DNA of 64,000 nucleotides from Utricularia gibba. Its lineage: Eukaryota > Plantae > Magnoliophyta. This document shows positions 13,601 to 25,600 of the stretch, in pieces. Location of the stretch: assembly GCA_002189035.1 (NCBI GenBank), contig NEEC01000013.1:2356001-2420000 (forward strand), given 5' to 3'. The notes beneath the pieces are model-generated. The model did not search any database. It was not told the DNA's origin and saw only the letters and a list, made by a program, of their open reading frames with translations. A program made the translations under genes and the position numbers. Position 1 is the stretch's first letter. Each line of letters begins with the position of its first letter.

Positions 13601-16600
13601 CCACGTACGCGACAATGCGACTGAGGACACCGCAATCGACGCGAATGTCATTTCATGCATGCAAAACAAATGCATTTCATTCGACGATGTTAAATTTCGG
13701 ATTTCGAGGCGATCCGTTACAGTGCCTCAGGTGCGGTCCAATCATGATGGCCTCGTGCACTGCTTGGTATCTCGTCGATAGCAAACCGTAGTGAGTCACG
13801 CTTTGCTTGATATATGCGTTATCGCTCCGAGCCGGTCGAATTTCGTGTTCAAAGTTTCTCCATCCGACGAACCGTTACAGCTCGTATTTTTGCCTGATAA
13901 TAGCCCACACTTGTGCCACAAAGTGGCCACCACGTACGCGACAATGCGACTGAGGACACCGCAATCGACGCGAATGTCATTTCATGCATGCAAAAAAATG
14001 CATTTCATTCGACGATGTTAAATTTCGGATTTCGAGGCGATCCGTTACAGTGCCTCAAGATGGCCTCGTGCAAATATCTTGCAAACCGTAGTGAGTCACG
14101 CTTTGCTTGATATAGCGTTTCGCTCCGAGCCGGTCGAATTTCGTGTTCAAAGTTTCTCCATCCGACGAACCGTTACAGCTCGTATTTTTGCCTGATAATA
14201 GCCCACACTTGTGCCACAAAGTGGCCACCACGTACGCGACAATGCGACTGAGGACACCGCAATCGACGCGAATGTCATTTCATGCATGCAAAAAAATGCA
14301 TTTCATTCGACGATGTTAAATTTCGGATTTCGAGGCGATCCGTTACAGTGCCTCAGGTGGTCCAACCCACACCTCATGATGTCGTGCAATCTCGTCGATA
14401 TCTTGCAAACCGTAGTGAGTCACGCTTTGCTTGATATAGCGTTACGATCGAAGTGTTCAAAGTTTCTCCATCCGACGAACCGTTACAGCTCGTATTTTTG
14501 CCTGATAATAGCCCACACTTGTGCCACACCATTGCGACTTCGTGGCATGTGCGACCCGACGAACAGTGCGGTACGCCTCGTAATGTCCTTGCATAGTGAG
14601 TCAATATAGCGTTACAAATCGCGTGTTCAAAGTTTCTCCATCCGACGAACCGTTACAGCTCGTATTTTTGCCTGATAATAGCCCACACTTGTACAAAGTT
14701 ACGCGACAATGCTTTGTCACCGCAATGCGACGCGGAATGTCAGTGCCTCAGGTGCGGTCCAACCCACACCTCATGATGGCCTCGTGCACTGCTTGGTATC
14801 TCGTCGATATCTTGCAAACCGTAGTGAGTCACGCTTTGCTTGATATAGCGTTACGAAGCTCGCTCCGAGCCGGTCGAATTTCGTGTTCAAAGTTTCGGAT
14901 TTCGAGGCGTTCCGTTACTGAGTTTGCCTGCGTCGCCCACACCTTGTGCCTCGTGCACAATATCTTGTGTGCCATATAGCGTTACTCGCTTCGAATTTCG
15001 TGTTCAAAGTTTCTCCATCCGACGAACCGTTACAGCTCGTATTTTTGCCTGATAATAGCCCACACTTGTGCCACAAAGTGGCCACCACGTACGCGACAAT
15101 GCGACTGAGGACATTTCATGCATGCAAAACAAATGCATTTCATTCGACGATGTTAAATTTCGGATTTCGAGGCGATCCGTTACAGTGCCTCAGGTGCGGT
15201 CCAACCCACACCTCATGATGGCCTCGTGCAATCTCGTCGATATCTTGCAAACCGTAGTGAGTCACGCTTTGCTTGATATAGCGTTTCGCTCCGAGCCGGT
15301 CGAATTTCGTGTTCAAAGTTTCTCCATCCGACGAACCGTTACAGCTCGTATTTTTGCCTGATAATAGCCCACACTTGTGCCACAAAGTGGCCACCACGTA
15401 CGCGACAATGCGACTGAGGACACCGCAATCGACGCGAATGTCATTTCATGCATGCAAAACAAATGCATTTCATTCGACGATGTTAAATTTCGGATTTCGA
15501 GGCGATCCGTTACAGTGCCTCAGGTGCGGTCCAACCCACACCTCATGATGGCCTCGTGCACTGCTTGGTATCTCGTCGATATCTTGCAAACCGTAGTGAG
15601 TCACGCTTTGCTTGATATAGCGTTTCGCTCCGAAATTTCGTGTTCAAAGTTTCGACGAACCGTTACAGCTCGTATTTTTGCCTGATAATAGTTGTGCCAC
15701 AAAGTGGCCACCACGTACGCGACAATTGAGGACACCGCAATCGTGTCATTTCATGCATGCAAAACAAATGCATTTCATTCGACGATGTTAAATTTCGGAT
15801 TTCGAGGCGATCCGTTACAGTGCCTTTGCCTCGTGCAAATATCTTGCATACACGCCCACTTGTCGAATTTCGTGTTCAAAGTGACGAACCGTTACAGCTC
15901 GCCTGACCCACACTTGTGTGTACACAATGCGACTGAGGACACCGCAATCGACGCGAATGTCATTTCATGCATGCAAAACAAATGCATTTCATTCGACGAT
16001 GTTAAATTTCGGATTTCGAGGCGATCCGTTACAGTGCCTCAGGTGCGGTCCAACCCACACCTCATGATGGCCTCGTGCAATCTCGTCGATATCTTGCAAA
16101 CCGTCACGATATAGCGTTTCGCTCTCGAATTTCGTGTTCAAAGTTTCTCCATCCGACGAACCGTTACAGCTCGTATTTTTGCCTGATAATAGCCCACACT
16201 TGTCTTTGTGAGGACTCGTGTCGTTGCGACGATCCGACGAACAGTGCGAACCGCAATCACTTGCAAACCGTAGTGAGTCACGCTTTGCTTGATATAGCGT
16301 TACGAAGCTCGCTCCGAGCCGGTCGAATTTCGTGTTCAAAGTTTCTCCATCCGACGAACCGTTACAGCTCGTATTTTTGCCTGATAATAGCCCACACTTG
16401 TGCCACAAAGTGGCCACCACGTACGCGACAATGCGACTGAGGACACCGCAATCGACGCGAATGTCATTTCATGCATGCAAAACAAATGCATTTCATTCGA
16501 CGATGTTAAATTTCGGATTTCGAGGCGATCCGTTACAGTGCCTCAGGTGCGGTCCAACCCACACCTCATGATGGCCTCGTGCACTGCTTGGTATCTCGTC

Positions 16601-19600
16601 GATATCTTGCAAACCGTAGTGAGTCACGCTTTGCTTGATATAGCGTTACGAAGCTCGCTCCGAGCCGGTCGAATTTCGTGTTCAAAGTTTCTCCATCCGA
16701 CGAACCGTTACAGCTCGTATTTTTGCCTGATAATAGCCCACACTTGTGCCACAAAGTGGCCACCACGTACGCGACAATGCGACTGAGGACACCGCAATCG
16801 ACGCGAATGTCATTTCATGCATGCAAAACAAATGCATTTCATTCGACGATGTTAAATTTCGGATTTCGAGGCGATCCGTTACAGTGCCTCAGGTGCGGTC
16901 CAACCCACACCTCATGATGGCCTCGTGCAATCTCGTCGATATCTTGCGTAGTGAGTCACGCTTTGCTTGATATAGCGTTACGAAGCTCGCTCCGAGCCGG
17001 TCGAATTTCGTGTTCAAAGTTTCTCCATCCGACGAACCGTTACAGCTCGTATTTTTGCCTGATAATAGCCCACACTTGTGCCACAAAGTGGCCACCACGT
17101 ACGCGACAATGCGACTGAGGACACCGCAATCGACGCGAATGTCATTTCATGCATGCAAAACAAATGACGATGTTGGATTTCGAGGCGATCCGTTACAGTG
17201 CCTCAGGTGCGGTCCAACCCACACCTCATGATGGCCTCGTGCACTGCTTGGTATCTCGTCGATATCTTCAATATAGCCGTCGGAGCAATTTCGTGTTCAA
17301 AGTTTCTCCATCCGACGAACCGTTACAGCTCGTATTTTTGCCTGATAATAGCCCACACTTGTGCCACAAAGTGGCCACCACGTACGCGACAATGCGACTG
17401 AGGACACCGCAATCGACGCGAATGTCATTTCATGCATGCAAAACAAATGCATTTCATTCGACGATGTTAAATTTCGGATTTCGAGGCGATCCGTTACAGT
17501 GCCTTGCGGTGATAATCTCGTCGATATCTTGCAAACCGTAGTGAGTCACGCTTTGCTTGATATAGCGTTACGAAGCTCGCTCCGAGCCGGTCGAATTTCG
17601 TGTTCAAAGTTTCTCCATCCGACGAACCGTTACAGCTCGTATTTTTGCCTGATAATAGCCCACACTTGTGCCACAAAGTGGCCACCACGTACGCGACAAT
17701 GCGACTGAGGACACCGCAATCGACGCGAATGTCATTTCATGCATGCAAAACAAATGCATTTCATTCGACGATGTTAAATTTCGGATTTCGAGGCGATCCG
17801 TTACAGTGCCTCAGGTGCGGTCCAACCCACACCTCATGATGGCCTCGTGCACTGCTTGGTATCTCGTCGATATCTTGCAAACCGTAGTGAGTCACGCTTT
17901 GCTTGATATAGCGTTACGAAGCTCGCTCCGAGCCGGTCGAATTTCGTGTTCAAAGTTTCTCCATCCGACGAACCGTTACAGCTCGTATTTTTGCCTGATA
18001 ATAGCCCACACTTGTGCCACAAAGTGGCCACCACGTACGCGACAATGCGACTGAGGACACCGCAATCGACGCGAATGTCATTTCATGCATGCAAAACAAA
18101 TGCATTTCATTCGACGATGTTAAATTTCGGATTTCGAGGCGATCCGTTACAGTGCCTCAGGTGCGGTCCAACCCACACCTCATGATGGCCTCGTGCACTG
18201 CTTGGTATCTCGTCGATATCTTGCAAACCGTAGTGAGTCACGCTTTGCTTGATATAGCGTTACGAAGCTCGCTCCGAGCCGGTCGAATTTCGTGTTCAAA
18301 GTTTCTCCATCCGACGAACCGTTACAGCTCGTATTTTTGCCTGATAATAGCCCACACTTGTGCCACAAAGTGGCCACCACGTACGCGACAATGCGACTGA
18401 GGACACCGCAATCGACGCGAATGTCATTTCATGCATGCAAAACAAATGCATTTCATTCGACGATGTTAAATTTCGGATTTCGAGGCGATCCGTTACAGTG
18501 CCTCAGGTGCGGTCCAACCCACACCTCATGATGGCCTCGTGCACTGCTTGGTATCTCGTCGATATCTCAAACCGTAGTGAGTCACGCTTTGCTTGATATA
18601 GCGTTACGAAGCTCGCTCCGAGCCGGTCGAATTTCGTGTTCAAAGTTTCTCCATCCGACGAACCGTTACAGCTCGTATTTTTGCCTGATAATAGCCCACA
18701 CTTGTGCCACAAAGTGGCCACCACGTACGCGACAATGCGACTGAGGACACCGCAATCGACGCGAATGTCATTTCATGCATGCAAAACAAATGCATTTCAT
18801 TCGACGATGTTAAATTTCGGATTTCGAGGCGATCCGTTACAGTGCCTCAGGTGCGGTCCAACCCACACCTCATGATGGCCTCGTGCACTGCTTGGTATCT
18901 CGTCGATATCTTGCAAACCGTAGTGAGTCACGCTTTGCTTGATATAGCGTTACGAAGCTCGCTCCGAGCCGGTCGAATTTCGTGTTCAAAGTTTCTCCAT
19001 CCGACGAACCGTTACAGCTCGTATTTTTGCCTGATAATAGCCCACACTTGTGCCACAAAGTGGCCACCACGTACGCGACAATGCGACTGAGGACACCGCA
19101 ATCGACGCGAATGTCATTTCATGCATGCAAAACAAATGCATTTCATTCGACGATGTTAAATTTCGGATTTCGAGGCGATCCGTTACAGTGCCTCAGGTGC
19201 GGTCCAACCCACACCTCATGATGGCCTCGTGCACTGCATATCTTGTCTCCGATCGGATCTTAAAGTTGTGAGTCACGTGCTTTGCTTCGATATATGCATG
19301 TTATTCGAATGCTTTCGCTCCGTTACAGTGCCGGTCGAAAATTCAAAGTTTCTCCATCGCGAAACCGTTGTGATTTTTGCCTGATAATAGCCCACACTTG
19401 TGCCACAAAGTGGCCACCACGTACGCGACAATGCGACTGAGGACACCGCAATCGACGCGAATGTCATTTCATGCATGCAAAACAAATGCATTTCATTCGA
19501 CGATGTTAAATTTCGGATTTCGAGGCGATCCGTTACAGTGCCTCAGAAATAGGTAGTGAGTCACGCTTTGCTTGATATAGCGTTACGAAGCTCGCTCCGT

Positions 19601-22600
19601 CGAATTTCGTGTTCAAAGTTTCTCCATCCGACGAACCGTTACAGCTCGTATTTTTGCCTGATAATAGCCCACACTTGTGCCACAAAGTGGCCACCACGTA
19701 CGCGACAATGCGACTGAGGACACCGCAATCGACGCGAATGTCATTTCATGCATGCAAAACAAATGCATTTCATTCGACGATGTTAAATTTCGGATTTCGA
19801 GGCGATCCGTTACAGTGCCTCAGGTGCGGTCCAACCCACCTCATGCCTCGTGCACTGCTTGGTATCGTCGATAGTAGTGAGTCACGCTTTGCTTGATATA
19901 GCGTTACGAAGCTCGCTCCGAGCCGGTCGAATTTCGTGTTCAAAGTTTCTCCATCCGACGAACCGTTACAGCTCGTATTTTTGCCTGATAATAGCCCACA
20001 CTTGTGCCACCAGTTGCTTTGTCGCATACGACGACGGAAGGCGATCCGCAGTGCCTCAAGAGGACAATATCGCGCAAATGTTTCGCTTCGAATTTCGTGT
20101 TCAAAGTGACGAACCGTTACAGCTCGTATTTTTGCCTGATAATAGCCCACACTTGTGCCACAAAGTGGCCACCACGTACGCGACAATGCGACTGAGGACA
20201 CCGCAATCGACGCGAATGTCATTTCATGCATGCAAAACAAATGCATTTCATTCGACGATGTTAAATTTCGGATTTCGAGGCGATCCGTTACAGTGCCTCA
20301 GGTGCGGTCCAACCCACACCTCATGATGGCCTCGTGCACTGCTTGGTATCTCGTCGATATCTTGCAAACCGTAGTGAGTCACGCTTTGCTTGATATAGCG
20401 TTACGAAGCTCGCTCCGAGCCGGTCGAATTTCGTGTTCAAAGTTTCTCCATCCGACGAACCGTTACAGCTCGTATTTTTGCCTGATAATAGCCCACACTT
20501 GTGCCACAAAGTGGCCACCACGTACGCGACAATGCGACTGAGGACACCGCAATCGACGCGAATGTCATTTCATGCATGCAAAACAAATGCATTTCATTCG
20601 ACGATGTTAAATTTCGGATTTCGAGGCGATCCGTTACAGTGCCTCAGGTGCGGTGCCTCGTGCAAAAAGTCACGCTCCATCGAAACCACGTTACAGCTCG
20701 TATTTTTGCCTGATAATAGCCCACACTTGTGCCACAAAGTGGCCACCACGTACGCGACAATGCGACTGAGGACACCGCAATCGACGCGAATGTCATTTCA
20801 TGCATGCAAAACAAATGCATTTCATTCGACGATGTTAAATTTCGGATTTCGAGGCGATCCGTTACAGTGCCTCAGGTGCGGTCCAACCCACACCTCATGA
20901 TGGCCTCGTGCACTTCTCGATATCTTGTCGCTTTGCCCGAAATCGAATTTCGTGTTCAAAGTTTCTCCATCCGACGAACCGTTACAGCTCGTATTTTTGC
21001 CTGATAATAGCCCACACTTGTGCCACAAAGTGGCCACCACGTACGCGACAATGCGACTGAGGACACCGCAATCGACGCGAATGTCATTTCATGCATGCAA
21101 AACAAATGCATTTCATTCGACGATGTTAAATTTCGGATTTCGAGGCGATCCGTTACAGTGCCTCAGGTGCGGTCCAACCCACACCTCATGATGGCCTCGT
21201 GCACTTTGGTATCTCGTCGATATCTTGTCAATATAGCCGAAGCTCGCTCCGAGCAATTTCGTGTTCAAAGTTTCGACGAACCGTTACAGCTCGTATTTTT
21301 GCCTGATAATAGCCCACACTTGTGCCACAAAGTGGCCACCACGTACGCGACAATGCGACTGAGGACACCGCAATCGACGCGAATGTCATTTCATGCATGC
21401 AAAACAAATGCATTTCATTCGACGATGTTAAATTTCGGATTTCGAGGCGATCCGTTACAGTGCCTCAGATTCGTGGTCCGATGGTACACGATCCGTCGGC
21501 CAGTGTTCACTGACGAACCGTTACAGCTCGTATTTTTGCCTGATAATAGCCCACACTTGTGCCACAAAGTGGCCACCACGTACGCGACAATGCGACTGAG
21601 GACACCGCAATCGACGCGAATGTCATTTCATGCATGCAAAACAAATGCGACGATGTCGGATTTCGAGGCGATCCGTTACAGTGCCTCAATGATGGCATTC
21701 TCGTCGATATCTTGCAAACCGTAGTGAGTCACGCTTTGCTTGATATAGCGTTACGAAGCTCGCTCCGAGCCGGTCGAATTTCGTGTTCAAAGTTTCTCCA
21801 TCCGACGAACCGTTACAGCTCGTATTTTTGCCTGATAATAGCCCACACTTGTGCCACAAAGTGGCCACCACGTACGCGACAATGCGACTGAGGACACCGC
21901 AATCGACGCGAATGTCATTTCATGCATGCAAAACAAATGCATTTCAACGATGTTAAATTTCGGATTTCGAGGCGATCCGTTACAGTGCCTCAACCCACAC
22001 CTCATGATGGCCTCGTGCAAAGTCACGCTTTGCTTGATATAGCGTTTCGAAGCAAAGTGTGAGCCTGGTCGTGTTTTTGTCATGCATGCAAAACAAATGC
22101 ATTTCATTCGACGATGTTAAATTTCGGATTTCGAGGCGATCCGTTACAGTGCCTCCGCCTCGTACGTTAATCTCCATATCGAATTTCGTGTTCAAAGTTT
22201 CTCCATCCGACGAACCGTTACAGCTCGTATTTTTGCCTGATAATAGCCCACACTTGTGCCACAAAGTGGCCACCACGTACGCGACAATGCGACTGAGGAC
22301 ACCGCAATCGACGCGAATGTCATTTCATGCATGCAAAACAAATGCATTTCATTCGACGATGTTAAATTTCGGATTTCGAGGCGATCCGTTACAGTGCCTC
22401 AGGTGCGGTCCAACCCACACCTCATGATGGCCTCGTGCACTGCTTGGTATCTCGTCGATATCTTGCAAACCGTAGTGAGTCACGCTTTGCTTGATATAGC
22501 GTTACGAAGCTCGCTCCGAGCCGGTCGAATTTCGTGTTCAAAGTTTCTCCATCCGACGAACCGTTACAGCTCGTATTTTTGCCTGATAATAGCCCACACT

Positions 22601-25600
22601 TGTGCCACAAAGTGGCCACCACGTACGCGACAATGCGACTGAGGACACCGCAATCGACGCGAATGTCATTTCATGCATGCAAAACAATTCGACGATGCAT
22701 TTCGATCCGTTACAGAACGATGTCGTGCAAATATCTTGCGTAGTGAGTCACGCTTTGCTTGATATAGCGTTCGAAGCTCGCTCCGAGCCGGTCGAATTTC
22801 GTGTTCAAAGTTTCTCCATCCGACGAACCGTTACAGCTCGTATTTTTGCCTGATAATAGCCCACACTTGTGCCACAAAGTGGCCACCACGTACGCGACAA
22901 TGCGACTGAGGACACCGCAATCGACGCGAATGTCATTTCATGCATGCAAAACAAATGCATTTCATTCGACGATGTTAAATTTCGGATTTCGAGGCGATCC
23001 GTTACAGTGCCTCATCATCGTGCAATATCTTGCAAACCGTAGTGAGTCACGCTTTGCTTGATATAGCGTTACGAAGCTCGCTCCGAGCCGGTCGAATTTC
23101 GTGTTCAAAGTTTCTCCGATTACAGCTCGTATTTTTGCCTCCGTTGGCCACCACGTACTGCGACTGAGGACACCGCAATCGACGCGAATGTCATTTCATG
23201 CATGCAAAACAAATGCATTTCATTCGACGATGTTAAATTTCGGATTTCGAGGCGATCCGTTACAGTGCCTCCGAACCACGTACGCTCCAAATCGAATTTC
23301 GTGTTCAAAGTTTCTCCATCCGACGAACTCGTTACGCTGGCGTATTTTGTCATTTCATGCATGCAAAACAAATGCATTTCATTCGACGATGTTAAATTTC
23401 GGATTTCGAGGCGATCCGTTACAGTGCCTCAGCCGTCCAACCCACACCTCGACATGCGACTGAGGACACCGCAATCGACGCGAATGTCATTTCATGCATG
23501 CAAAACAAATGCATTTCATTGACGATGTTAAATTTCGGATTTCGAGGCGATCCGTTACAGTATCTTGCAAACCGTAGTGAGTCACGCTTTGCTTGATATA
23601 GCGTTAAGCTCGCTTCGAGCACTGCTTGAGCCTCGTGCGATTTTCGTGTCAATGCATGCAAAACAAATGCATTTCATTCGACGATGTTAAATTTCGGATT
23701 TCGAGGCGATCCGTTACAGTGCCTTTCCGCCTCGTGCAAATATCTTGCTAGTGAGTCACGCTTTGCTTGATATAGCGTTTCGAGCCGGTCGAATTTCGTG
23801 TTCAAAGTTTCTCCATCCGACGAACCGTTACAGCTCGTATTTTTGCCTGATAATAGCCCACACTTGTGCCACAAAGTGGCCACCACGTACGCGACAATGC
23901 GACTGAGGACACCGCAATCGACGCGAATGTCATTTCATGCATGCAAAACAAATGCATTTCATTCGACGATGTTAAATTTCGGATTTCGAGGCGATCCGTT
24001 ACAGTGCCTCAGGTGCGGTCCAACCCACACCTCATGATGGCCTCGTGCACTTTGGTATCTCGTCGATATCTTGCAAACCGTAGTGAGTCACGCTTTGCTT
24101 GATATAGCGTTACGAAGCTCGCTCCGAGCCGGTCGAATTTCGTGTTCAAAGTTTCTCCATCCGACGAACCGTTACAGCTCGTATTTTTGCCTGATAATAG
24201 CCCACACTTGTGCCACAAAGTGGCCACCACGTACGCGACAATGCGACTGAGGACACCGCAATCGACGCGAATGTCATTTCATGCATGCAAAACAAATGCA
24301 TTTCATTCGACGATGTTAAATTTCGGATTTCGAGGCGATCCGTTACAGTGCCTCAGGTGTCCAACCCACACCTCATGATGGCCTCGTGCACTGTTGGTAT
24401 CTCGTCGATATCTTGCAAACCGTAGTGAGTCACGCTTTGCTTGATATAGCGTTACGAAGCTCGCTCCGAGCCGGTCGAATTTCGTGTTCAAAGTTTCTCC
24501 ATCCGACGAACCGTTACAGCTCGTATTTTTGCCTGATAATAGCCCACACTTGTGCCACAAAGTGGCCACCACGTACGCGACAATGCGACTGAGGACACCG
24601 CAATCGACGCGAATGTCATTTCATGCATGCAAAACAAATGCATTTCATTCGACGATGTTAAATTTCGGATTTCGAGGCGATCCGTTACAGTGCCTCAGGT
24701 GCGGTCCAACCCACACCTCATGATGGCCTCGTGCACTGCTTGGTATCTCGTCGATATCTTGCACGCTTTGCTTGATATAGCGTCCAGCCGGTCGAATTTC
24801 GTGTTCAAAGTTTCTCCATCCGACGAACCGTTACAGCTCGTATTTTTGCCTGATAATAGCCCACACTTGTGCCACAAAGTGGCCACCACGTACGCGACAA
24901 TGCGACTGAGGACACCGCAATCGCACGCGAATGTCATTTCATGCATGCAAAACAAACATTTCATTCGACGAAAAAATTATTTTCGAGGCGATCCGTTACA
25001 GTCGTCAGGTGCGGTCCGTCCCAAGATGGCCTCGTGCACAAGTACACATCGATATCTTGCAAACCGTTTGCCTCACGCTTACGCGACAATGCTTCGATGT
25101 CATGCATGTGCATACGACGATGCGGATTTCGCGATCCGTTACAGTGCCTCAGCGTGTTCAAAGTTTCTCGATCGCTTCGAATTTCGTGTTCAAAGTTTCT
25201 CCATCCGACGAACCGTTACAGCTCGTATTTTTGCCTGATAATAGCCCACACTTGTGCCACAAAGTGGCCACCACGTACGCGACAATGCGACTGAGGACAC
25301 CGCAATCGACGCGAATGTCATTTCATGCATGCAAAACAAATGCATTTCATTCGACGATGTTAAATTTCGGATTTCGAGGCGATCCGTTACAGTGCCTCAG
25401 GTGCGGTCCAACCCACACCTCATGATGGCCTCGTGCACTGCTTGGTATCTCGTCGATATCTTGCACGCTTTGCTTGATATAGCGTTACGAAGCTCGCTCC
25501 GAGCCGGTCGAATTTCGTGTTCAAAGTTTCTCCATCCGACGAACCGTTACAGCTCGTATTTTTGCCTGATAATAGCCCACACTTGTGCCACAAAGTGGCC

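Noticed and set aside
21020-21724. Longest ORFs (213-234 aa; also 5725, 7333, 8844, 9257, 12929, 24552, 53508)
   Set aside because: They arise where indels happen to join open frames of adjacent monomers, mostly in the error-rich zone. The peptides are concatenated repeat translations.
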